A stretch of DNA of 64,000 nt from Octopus sinensis (Eukaryota): positions 53,010,001 to 53,074,000 of the forward strand of contig NC_043000.1 of NCBI RefSeq assembly GCF_006345805.1. Reading direction: 5' to 3'. A program made the position numbers and the translations under genes. This document shows positions 53,297 to 64,000 of this stretch, one piece after another. Numbering within the stretch: the first letter of the stretch is position 1; every line of letters begins with the position of its first letter. The notes beneath the pieces are model-generated. The model worked only from the letters and a program-made list of their open reading frames with translations, did not search any database and had not been told where the DNA came from.

Positions 53297-55450
53297 TATT
53301 TCAAAACATTTGCCATAAAGGCAGTACACAGATTAAGTTAACTTTGCGGGCTGGACGAGGACATTAATGAAGTGAATGATAATGAAAGAAAGATGATAAG
53401 GATGGGAGAAGACAAAAAGCGCCCGCCGACTTTCGCTTCTCTAAAACATTGTTCTTTTTAAAGATAAACACAAAACGAGGTATTAAACCTCTTACAATTT
53501 TTCAATTTTTGGACTTAGCAGTCCATTACTAATAATAGCAGTTCAATAATTACATATCGTCCTCGAAATAGCTTGTGCCCGCGTCCTCCACCATCAACCA
53601 CGCCTCCCTCAGAACGTAATCAAGTTCCGAGTTTGCGTCGCCCGGGACCAAGTTATAATCTTCATTGAGCTCCTTTAGCCCAACCGTCACGTCGAACGCC
53701 ACGGCCTCCACAGCTACCTGCGGAGGCCATTCTGGGTCCTGTGTGAAGGCTAAAGGTGCTCCCTTGTGGTGCTCTTTCATCACCTTTTCAATTTCACCTC
53801 CTCTATAGAAGAGGACCAATAGTTCTTTCGTTGGCGGCACAGTTCCCGCCAACGGTATTCCTTCTCTTGTCGGTGGCACAACCCCAACCGACGTAGTTCC
53901 GGGACATTCCGGTGCTGTGTCACTGACAGCCGGCAATGTCCCGTTTTTCTTCCTCTTTTTCTTTTTTTTCCCTTTTCAACTGAGGGAGGGTACATCTCCT
54001 CCGTGGCCGGAAGATTCGCCTTCCTCTCCTCATCCCTATTATCCTTTGGTGAGCACCCATTGTTGCTCACCTTCCTCTTTCGGCCTCTGTTTGAGGAGTC
54101 CTCTGCTTTCTCGGCCGTTATCATTCCCTCTTCTAGAGGGGTTTTACTTAACTGTTCCGGGATCCTATTTTGTTCCCGGGGACAGTTCTTCTTTATGTGG
54201 CCGGACTCCAAGCACCGATGACACTTAGGGGGGTGACCCTCAAGCATCACCGGGTACCTGCACCCGGCCATTTTCAAAAAATCTGGAAGAACCAGATTGG
54301 CTGATTGGGTCCACAGGGTCAAAATTGCTTTTGACCCAACCCAAGCAGCCGCAGGAAGAACTTTTACATTAAGGAGCTTAGTTTCGCTGCCACCCAGACC
54401 CCGGCGGATAGTCTCCTCTATCCACTCGGCTTCTATGTCGGGTGGCAGTCCGCAAATCCAAGCTTTCATCAATTTCTTTTTTTTTGTACGTGGGCAGGAA
54501 TAAGATTCCCTTACCCTCCAGGGGTTTGCTAGCAAATTTGCAAGCCTCTTCAGGGGTGTCAAATAGCAACCACACCGTTGCATATTTGACACCCCTGGAA
54601 ATGAATTCAATTGTTGGCAAATACTCTTCCAACTCCTTTTCAATTGCCGTCTTTTCGAATAGGGCGATGGTGTCGAGTGCCTGGGAGTAGGTTCTCAACG
54701 CCACCGTCCTATCTTCACAATCTTTTAACCACTTTGTTATTTTTCATTGCCATGTTTTTTTTAAATATATTCAAATTAAACTCAAAAAGCAAGAAGAAAA
54801 AAGTTCAAAAATCCAAATAAAATTTGATAGATTTAAAAAAAAACAAAAAGGAGAAAGCACAACAGAAGGGAAGAATTCAACGGAAAGTCGCAATAAAGAA
54901 AAAAAAAACAAAAGGGGGGTTAAAATGAAGTTCAAAAGAAAGTTAATAAACAGAAAAAACACAGCAAAAATATTCTGGCCTTGCGGTACTCCCGGCCTGG
55001 GTTGAACCTGGAACGCCGCAACTGCAACACAACCTCCACAAAAATGGGTCCGAAAGGTAATCCAATAGTGGCTTATTTTTATAATTTTCTTGCGAAGTAC
55101 TCTGACAAGGGAATAAATTCAACAAACCCAAACACAGCACTGGCTACCGCAAACGGTAATTTTAACAGCAACTGTATTGAATTCCGAGGATACGCCCCTC
55201 CACTGTTTTTTTTTTTTTTCAATGAACACAAAAACGGCAGCCGCCGAGAGCAGGCGAAATTGTCTCAGAGTTGGACACAACTTACTGAAATAATAATTGG
55301 CACGCAATAAATTATGCCCAACTCACAATAAACAAAATCACTTACCTCGACAACTTTCCGTTTTTGGTCTTTTTTCTTTAATTGGACGGAGCTGGTTGAC
55401 TCGCGTCCACTCTGGCTGAACAGGAAGCAACTGACTAACTGCGCATGTGC
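53297..55450 (-). mobile_element. Element A: ORF1-only non-LTR retroelement (Tx1/L1-like), 2154 bp, 15-bp TSD
   Basis: Flanked by GTTAGCAAGCTACTT at 53282-53296 and 55451-55465. Layout is 5' UTR, one gag-like ORF and a 3' UTR homologous to element B. No RT or APE sequence. Confidence 0.8.
53550..54753 (-). pseudogene. ORF1-like protein of element A (~400 aa reconstructed across three single-base homopolymer frameshifts)
   Basis: Joins track ORFs 54378-54704, 53780-54643 and 53550-53936. Contains RRM-like WLLFDTPEEA and WICGLPPDI, the CX2CX4HX4C knuckle CHRCLESGHIKKNC, and a basic K/R patch. Confidence 0.8.
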
Positions 55451-55465
55451 GTTAGCAAGCTACTT

Positions 55466-57458
55466 TATTTCAACAATTTTGCCACTAGGGCAGCACACAG
55501 AGTAGCTACGGGCTGGACAAAGACATTAATGGATGATGGTGGTGGTGGATGAAGATGGTGATGGGAGAAGTCAAAAAGCGCCCGCCGACTTTCGCTTCTC
55601 TAAAACAATGTTCTTTTTTTTTCCAATAATTTTACAAAATTTTCCAAAATTTTTAAAAAATTCAAAAATTTCAAAAAAATTCCAAATTTTACAATTTACA
55701 ATTTCAGAAGTTTTTCCAGAGCAATAAACCTCTATCACAATATAACCCAAATACAGGTTCACGTTACCCGACCGATGAACGCTCTTGCTTTAATGACGCA
55801 ATCGTTCTTCGTCAGGCCCCCGCATATAGGTATAACTTGCAAGAGATCCTCCGGGAAAGAATTCTCGATCCTGCACATATCATTTTCGAGTAGGACCTCC
55901 GCAGCCAGCTGCGAAGGCCACTCGGGATACTCCATGCAGGACCGAAGTCCCTCCCATTGGTTTCTCTTCCTCATCTTACCTATTTCATTCTCTAATGTAC
56001 CTCCTTTGTAGAAGAGGACTACATAATATTTCTCCGGCCCCACAACCGCCGGAGGACACATGGGAGACGCCATCTGCGTGTTACAATCCGCTGGAGGCGT
56101 CCCGTTTCTTTTCTTTCTTTTTTTCTTTTTACCCTGGGCCACGGGAGGTTGAGGTTCCGGCGTTGCACACGCCGGGTCCACTCTTTCTCCCGTAGCTTCC
56201 GGGTCTTTTAGTGGGTCACCATTGTTTCCCACTTTTCGTTTTCTCGTTGAGGAAGTCACCGCTTCCTCGTTCTGTTTCTCTCCCTCCATTGGTGGGGCAG
56301 GGAGAGGCTCTGATATCAACTGCTCCAGGATCCTACTCTGGTCCCTGGGGCAGTTCTTCTTAATGTGGCCGGTCTCCAAACACAGGTGACACTTGGGGGG
56401 CGTCCCTCAAGCATCACCGGATACTTGGACCCGGCCATCCTCAAAAAGTCCGGCAAAACCAGACTCTTGGCTGACTGGGTCCATAGAGTCAAAGTAGCCT
56501 TTAACCCCTCCCAATCAGCCGCAGGCTGCATTCTTACGTTCAGGATCTTGGCGCTACCACCACTCAGACCCCGGCGGATAGAATCTTCCACCCACTCGGG
56601 CTCAAAGCCGGGTGGCAGGCCGCAGACCCATAATCTTATTAATTTTTCTCCCTTGTAGCTTGGGAGAAACAAAATCTCTTCGCCCTCAATGGGCTTGCTT
56701 GCGAAATTGCAAGCTGCTTCAGGGGAGTCAAACAGCAACCAAATCGTTGCGTATTTGGCTCCCCGTTGAATGTATTTAACGGCTGGCATATAGTCTGCCA
56801 GCTCGTTCATAATAGTGGCTTTCGGAAAAACCATTATGGTGTTGAGTGACTTTGAATAAGTTCTCAACACCACGGTTTTGTCCTCCAGCTCCTTCAGGTA
56901 ACTCTTCGGAGGTGTTAACTCCCATATGGTTAACTCCTTTGCCATAACAAAAGTCCAATAAGAAAAAAACACAATGACAGAACAGAAAGACAGAGCAGAG
57001 AAAAGGACGAAGGAGGACAGTTCAAATAATGGCAACACAGTTCTGCAACTGGTAATCCTCACGAAACAGGGTACTCCAGTTGCAGCACACTTGGTTCTCC
57101 GTGGTAAATCCAAGCACAATTGGTTCTCCGTGGTAAATCCAAGCGAACAAATTAATTTTTGAGGAGGGGCTATGCCTCTCAAAACACACAATTCTCACTA
57201 AAAGGTGAGACAATAAATATGCCAACAGGCAGAACAAATACATCCGAAGCAAAGTGAAGCCTATTACGCGCAGAAAAATGTTAACACTAATTAACATTAA
57301 TGCCAAAAAAGTATTAACGGCAAGCAATAAACCTCACTATGCTTCCAAAAATATCCAAAATGTCCTACCTGTTGCCGTAAAATGTTCAATAATTCACGTT
57401 AACACGTGACATTTGCCGGAGCAGCAAAAAAACACGTCTGAACAGGTCAGAGGTGAGA
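55466..57458 (-). mobile_element. Element B: ORF1-only non-LTR retroelement, 1993 bp, 9-bp TSD
   Basis: Flanked by AAGCTACTT at 55457-55465 and 57459-57467; same architecture as element A. Confidence 0.8.
55759..56945 (-). pseudogene. ORF1-like protein of element B (~395 aa; one frameshift in a G6 run at ~56395-56400)
   Basis: MAKELTIWE...WLLFDSPEAA...WVCGLPPGF...EGRPP/KCHLCLETGHIKKNCP...GKKKKRKKRN...VLFYKGG...PEWPSQ. Confidence 0.82.
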
Positions 57459-57489
57459 AAGCTACTTACCACACAGCCACTCCTACGTC
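57459..57489 (-). mobile_element. SINE family 2, 5' head (A-box part) of the split copy
   Basis: AAGCTACTTACCACACAGCCACTCC continues the SINE exactly as in the intact copy (AAACTACTTACCACATAACCACTC, 41989-42012). Confidence 0.85.
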
Positions 57490-57967
57490 TATAATACATA
57501 TGAGTGTAGAAACATAGAGGTAATATAGTAAAATACAAGAATATAGATGAGAACGCTCTCAGAATATTTGAAAAGATAATGGAAAGTTAATAATTGACGT
57601 CTAATAAGTTTCGGGTTACAATTTCAAATGATAATATTCCGACGGCCGTTTCTGGGGTTCATTCTTCTGGGTAAAAACTTAATCTTGAAAAAGTTAAATG
57701 CATTCAGTGCATTGCCAAGGTAGGAAGAATCACAAGCTCATATAAAGGAACAGTTATATGTATGCAAATAATGGTGGTCTTTATGAGGGCTGATGGGACA
57801 AAAACTACGTTACTTACATAATATATTGAAATGTATATTCAGCAATATATTGTTATAAGTAATAAGATATTAAATTGTGCGACAGAAATTACTAAGGCTA
57901 ATTATTGACTTATAGAATCTCATGACAGTTAGAGTAATATCTGTGATTACACGAATAAATAGTGTAG

Positions 57968-58165
57968 GAAACGTTAGCACGCCAGGCAAAATACTTAGCG
58001 GCATTTCGTCTGTCTTTACGTTCTGATTTCAAATTCCGCCGAGGTCGAGTTTGCCTTGCATCCTTTCGGGGTCAATAAATTAATTACCAGTTGTCTACTG
58101 GTGTGGATCTAATAGACTGACGCCCTCCCCCAAAATTTCGGAGCACGTGCCTAGAGTAGAAAATA
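57968..58165 (+). mobile_element. SINE family 1 (tail type B)
   Basis: GAAACGTTAGCACGCCAGGCAAAAT...AAATTCCGCCGAGGTCGA...CCTAGAGTAGAAAA. Confidence 0.88.
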
Positions 58166-58179
58166 ATATAGTAGAATTA

Positions 58180-59195
58180 TATAGACAAAGGATAGTGTAG
58201 GATTCTTTTACGCCAGTTCTACATCTTCCCATATTCGTATTGTAGAGGAGGGGGCATCGATAATAGACTAAGACAGTGTGTAATTAGTATTTTTTAATTT
58301 TAGATCATGTATATACGTGGCTAGTGTTGTTGCAATTTTGTATTTTAGCTTATTGAAATAATCTAAATGTGTTCTATACGGGCTCTTAAAATCTATGGTG
58401 CTTCCTATATATACTCGTGTCATTTGTCACGCTGCATTTATAAATTACATTTCTACGTAATGAGAATCCAGTGAATGGGCATAATTCAGGAACCGTACAA
58501 CTACATGGTTTTGCACACCTGTCCATAGTTTTACTCGAATATATTAAGGTTGATTACGGTTGGCCTGCATTAATTTGGGATTGATTACGTTTAGATTTAG
58601 ATAGAATTCCTTTTTTTGCTTTATTTGCGTTATTTAGACTTATTCGAACCTTATGATGATTTAAGGTTTTTGTCGGTTGAAGTTAGAGTTGATTTCTATT
58701 TATGGATGCAATAATAAATCCCGAATTAGTTGTGGTAGAGTAAGATAATTTTATAGAGGTTTTGTTACAAATGGGGTAATATTTGTGGTGTTTAGGTAAA
58801 TTTAATTTTAGAATCTTAATGAATAATCTTGGTAAATTATTGACTCTGGGAGAGAAGTTAGAGGGGGGAACTAAATTATTTCTCATTTTCTAGATTCAGT
58901 CTGTGTTACTACATCAGAATGTTTTGGTGAATAGGGTTTATATTTGTTACGATTACCGAAAGGTGTGTTATCCAGTTTAGTATAGTTAGCAAAATATTTT
59001 TTTATTATACGTTTATAATTTGAGGAAGAATTCGTTTTAATAAATTAAGGATTAATGTCAAAGGAGAGGTTAGTCATTTGCTTTTGAGTCTGGTTTCAGG
59101 AATGTAAAAAAAATATGATTTTGAAAGCCGCTTAATTTTAGGGCTTGATTATAGAATGGAGTTTGTGCATTAAAGATTTCCTCGCTTGCCTATAG
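58180..59195 (-). mobile_element. Decayed Penelope-like element: post-RT linker and GIY-YIG endonuclease
   Basis: Manual translation: PFYNQALKLSGF; PP.NFSPRVN.....HHKYYPICNKTSIKLSYSTT; PCSCTVPELCP...NVIYKCSV / VYIGST.DFK..Y..H...TTLATYIHDLK.KN.NY.L..SII. Confidence 0.8.
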
Positions 59196-59651
59196 GTTCA
59201 GGAATATATATATATATACACACATACATACACACTCACTCACACACACAGGGATGAAAGAGTGTCGTAAAGAAGGTATCCGCAATTTTATTTCGTCTAA
59301 GATTTAACAAATTTACCTTAAACTGATGCTAGAAGTCTGAAAGAGCATTCGAAGTGCGAATACTTTTGGGACTGAGTGTTAAACAAATCCTCGCACATGC
59401 TATAAAACCATCAACTGCCGACGAATTGAGGGTAGCCACTAGAGCTGCGCCAAAAAACACAGAAGGAAATGCTTCTTCGTATTTGTAACCCTACTGATTC
59501 CTTTTATGAGCTGTACTAATAGTAGAAAGAGTATCAATTTGAATACAAGCGTTTAAGGAAAATTAGATTCTGCTTGTAGATTCTTTCACATTTTGAAAAT
59601 GAAAATGCTTCATAATCGTTCAATAGGTTTGTACATTTTTTAAGGAAACGC

Positions 59652-59654
<3 letters not shown>

Positions 59655-59742
<88 letters not shown>

Positions 59743-59752
59743 CTACACATAC

Positions 59753-59813
<61 letters not shown>

Positions 59814-59930
59814 TATACACACATACGTATATATATATATAATATATATATATACATATATATATACACATCTATATGCATATATATATATTTGTATATA
59901 TATATACGTATGAATGTATGTGAACATATA
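59655..59930. repeat. Long imperfect (TA)n tract; similar tracts at ~8387, 13635, 30435, 37270, 51350 and 52328
   Basis: Direct reading. Confidence 0.97.
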
Positions 59931-62762
59931 TGTATATAGTGTGTGTATGTGTGTATATGTGAATATGTATACTCACATAGACATCATACACATGTATTTT
60001 GAACTTATTCATGAATTATAATTCGCCAACGAATTAAATGTAATCGCTGCAGTATATATTTTACTCGTAAATACAAATATACAAGAAATTATTTCAAAAG
60101 TATGACTAATATACGCGTGGGCGAATGTGTGTATGATACATACGCACGAACGAAAAAAAGGCAGTCAAGCAAAAGCTCGCTCATAATAAATTAGCAACTT
60201 GAACGTTCTCTATGATTTACACTTTTGTCGTTTTCTACGATTGTTTTCTATTTAACATTGAAACATACTTTACGGAGCACAAAAGAAATGGTTCATAAAT
60301 TTAAAATATATTGATTTATTACAACAATGCATTAAACATAATTAAACCTCTTGGAAGTGTACTTATATAACGGAAATTTGAAAGTAATATTTTGCAGCTA
60401 GTTCTGTGATGGTTTCCTTTTTTACTTACTTTTATATTATTTTTCATCTTGCATTTTGCAATATTATTGGAAATAGAGTTTCTATATCAATATGCGTATG
60501 AAAGAAGAGCTGTTTCCATTAAAAAGATTATTAGACCAACTAGTCAAAAAATTCATTCCAAGAAAGAGGAAAAAGAATTATTTCTTAGTCAAAAATTGTT
60601 TATTACTGTTTCCTTACAGAAACTAATCTACCGAAGATTTCTTCTTCTTTCCTTCCAGCATTTCATGTTTCAGTCGAAGGAACGTAACAACGGTGTTGAA
60701 CTGAATGATGCGTAAATCTGTCGAGGATTTTTGAAGGAACTTTCAGTTCTTAAAATTTATGTCTAATATATGAAACACGTTACTATATACAATCATTTTA
60801 TCAATAATGGTAATATAACTGTACATATTATGGATTTCTTTTATGTGCATAGAAGTGTTTCTGATGGAACGAAACTATTAAATCTCTATTTCGTTAAGAT
60901 AAAAATAAATATTAGAAACTCGTTGTATGTTTTAATTATAAAATTGCATTTTGCTGTATTATTTTATTATATAAGTACATTTTGCTACTGTTTTATTTGT
61001 TTTCAGCTTACTCTTGGTTATACCAATGTGACCGGCTTATGTTATCTCCCAGGCGCAATATATTTAAGAATACACAATATTCTATATTCCTTTTTTGATG
61101 TAATATTGCGTGGGTAACAGAAAATTGATTGCTGTTACTTGCAGGCAACAACACCACTAACACTAAGGGTTGTATGAGATATAGAACCCAATGTTAGGTT
61201 TGTGTCAGTATGAACGGGGAATTTCTTACTCACACGTAAAAGAAAACTGAGGGAAGACATGTATAGAAGGATTATGAACTATGTTGTTTCCAGCGATAAA
61301 TTTGTGGTAGAGCAAATGTATTAACATAGATGAATTTTAACCGTGTGACTAACTTTTGTATAATACTATATAGTAAAATAGACGTATGCTTACATATGTA
61401 CCCATATACGTTTTTGTTTTGGTTCGTATGTGTGTATATACTTACAGGGTTTTCGGATTAACTATGACAATATTTAATGTCTCCTCTCTCCTGTTAGAGC
61501 TTGGTGCTTTGCTGAACACAAATTGGCCTTAGAGAGCATAAAGATTAACGTTGTAGTTAAGAAAAATTTACCTGGCAAGAAGGTTTGGAAGCCATCTGAT
61601 TATTAGAAATGTATTAACTGTAACAGAAGGATCTGTGCCGTGTATGAAAATGCTGACATCATGACTGCTTGTCAATGCACTGCGAACACTATAATGACTG
61701 TAAGATATGACAAGGACAGCTGTAACTGAAGCTATGTAGGGTAGAGCAGGAAAGGACACAACATGCGTTCTCACTGTGTCCACGCGCAGGAATCCATCCG
61801 CAACTGCGCCAGAAGGTGATGGAATATCTGTGCAAGATAATACAGAATTTGGTATGAGACTCGGGTGTTGGATTCCTCAGCATGGAATACGATCTGAATG
61901 ACAACCTTCAGTTCCACTCATACAAGAGGCCCAAGGAACAAATTCTGAGAGCCAAAGTCAAGAAGAACTGCTTAGTACTGGCAAAATAACTCCTCATTAA
62001 GCTGTGATAATATGTTGAGTTCGCGATTCGTTTCTGCTCAAAAGAACTTCTACCAGAACCACCAGCACACTACGTTTGCCTACAATCCATGTGATGTACG
62101 ATGAATCATAAGAACCAAGTTCCCTGAAACTGTAATGGACTTTGACTATACCCACAATAGTGACGGCTATACGAAGACAGCTATGCGAAGCTGTTGAAGA
62201 TTATGGTCAAACAGAGGCTGGAAGATGTGGCAATACATGTACCAGCAGGAATCGGCTCCTTGCCATACCACTGGAAAGAGTCAGAAATAGGTTATCGGAG
62301 AATGTTTACGACTTCACCAGGCACAATTTCTGGTCTCTTAATTTCCCATTTGTACTCCCATGGTTTAATATGTATCAGGTGCTGTTGAGACAGCAACCGC
62401 ATTACCTTCAATACCGAAGCTGAATTGTAGGTCAACGTCAGGGAGTTGTTTGAAGATCCTCCCAGCGCAACAGTATTGAACACATGCACCAGATTCCTGA
62501 GCCGTATTGAGGCTTTGCGAAAAGCTGACGGTGACTACTGGGGTAATCACAGCCATAATTTTTTTAATTTTTGGATTTTTTAAAATATTCATAATTTTGG
62601 ATGGGATATTGCATTTAATTTTCCTTTTATTCAGACTACCAAATTTAGCCCGAACGGCCTTTACATATATACAGGTACACATGATTTTGTTTGTGTATCT
62701 TTATATAGTACAATTTAAAATTTAAATTATGCGTCAGATAATCAGTTTGAGAACTTCGTGTG

Positions 62763-62982
62763 TACGAGGAAGTTTTGAAAATTTCCAGGCTTTAAGTGTA
62801 TCGTTAAAGGTTTTGTTGAAGGCCCAACATTTCGAGTTCTTATACAGCGCTTAGAAAACTGAAGGGCTGCTGCAATAACAGTGTGAATCTGAGAGGGTAT
62901 TATGTTGAATAAAATCGTAATTAACTGATCCGCCTGTACTTTCTTTTAATGAAAGCTAGAAACTTTTCAGTACCACTTCATG
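62763..62982. mobile_element. Short mariner-type MITE; a related degenerate copy lies at ~63675-63855
   Basis: Left end TACGAGGAAGTTTTGAAAATTTCCAGGCTT; right end AAAGCTAGAAACTTTTCAGTACCACTTCA; the internal TATGTTGAATAAAAT..TAA..AACTGATCC block is shared with the second copy. Confidence 0.55.
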
Positions 62983-64000
62983 AACATGTATTGCTCCAGT
63001 GTAGACTGCCTGTTATTACTTTCGAACCCATATTTAAGTATGAGACAAGCTGAGTTCATATAAAAATATAATACAAAGCAAAGTATCTGATGCATTCTTT
63101 ATAATTCTTTACCGATATTTCCTTTTGTGCTACTGAATGGATATTTGGTGTTTCTTGCAGAGGAGTGATTACATAGAAGCCCGATTATAACTCCATTAAC
63201 GCCCTGTTTCCGAGTAACAAATCTTTATGCGGTATTAATATCACTACTATTTGAATGTATAAGATTTCAAGTCTCTAAACAATGGCTACTGCACCGAGAG
63301 CTACAGTCTATATTCCTGAAATATGTGAAACAGTAATTTTTGCCAGTGTCGAAAGATTGGATTCGTTAATAGCATTCAGTAGGTTGTAAATTTTTGTTAT
63401 TTCACTATATGATGCATTTATTGGTTGCAAAATGATTTGTAGTATTACTACGTAATACTAAATTATTTAACATGTAACTTATCCTGAGTTTTTATTAAGC
63501 AACATATCAAAATAGGGTACGATTCGTCGTGTGACGGATAATTTTGGAAGAATATTGTTGCCACAATGGGTAATATCAGGAAATATGTTAGATATGCAAT
63601 CGTAATGTAACTTTTATCAAATGTCTTGGTACTTATCCAAAATGATGAGTAATAATTTCCCAAAGAATAATATACTCACAGATACTGAAAAGTTTCTGGC
63701 GTTAAGGATATCGCAAAAGGCTCTTCGAGTTCGCTTTCATACACTGCAGTATGTGTATGAATCTGAGCGGGGAATATGTTGAACAAAATTATAATCAACT
63801 GATCCTCGTGCATTTTTTTTTACACAGAGCCAGGAATATTTCAATTCCCCATCGCATATTACTCTGAAATTTAATCGTCTCTCCTACATTACCCCCACCC
63901 CCTGTTTATTTTACCTCACTCTATGTGTGTAGCATTATTTTACTCCTTGCTTGGCACCGTGCATATTATGTACATTAATTTTATGTTAATTCTCTCTTTA

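Noticed and set aside
54470-54490. A9 run in element A as a programmed ribosomal frameshift site
   Set aside because: It needs a +1 rather than the classical -1 shift, and element B has no frameshift or run at this position. An indel or sequencing error is simpler.
53297-57458. Interpretation as an LTR retrotransposon or a recent segmental tandem duplication
   Set aside because: There are no TG...CA LTRs, PBS or PPT. A and B are too diverged, have different 5' UTRs and each has its own TSD.
61690-62500. Complex GC-richer region with a TRG.RNKF..PKSRR word resembling a CR1 C-terminus, and 60-105 aa ORFs
   Set aside because: A single weak motif with no consistent frame; it needs BLASTX or Dfam to assign.

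Overview
AT-rich eukaryotic DNA, very dense in microsatellites. The SINE families, (TA)n/(TAA)n arrays and TE types suggest an octopus genome; this is inferred from recognition, not a database hit. No intact host gene could be supported, and the window looks intronic or intergenic. Most ORFs in the supplied track are microsatellite read-through. Real coding relics are all transposon-derived: RLE-type (R4/Dong-like) LINE fragments, Tc1/mariner copies, a hAT fragment, Penelope-like GIY-YIG fragments and a probable solo LTR. Two features stand out. (1) At 53.3-57.5 kb, two diverged ~2-kb elements each encode only a Tx1/L1-type ORF1 protein (RRM-like + CCHC knuckle, no RT or endonuclease). They inserted one after the other at the same nucleotide in the tRNA-like head of a SINE, with 15-bp and 9-bp target-site duplications and a conserved structured 3' end. 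This is a candidate ORF1-only, site-specific retroelement family. (2) At 15.8-16.3 kb, a ~430-bp palindrome carries a complete type I hammerhead ribozyme motif on each strand.
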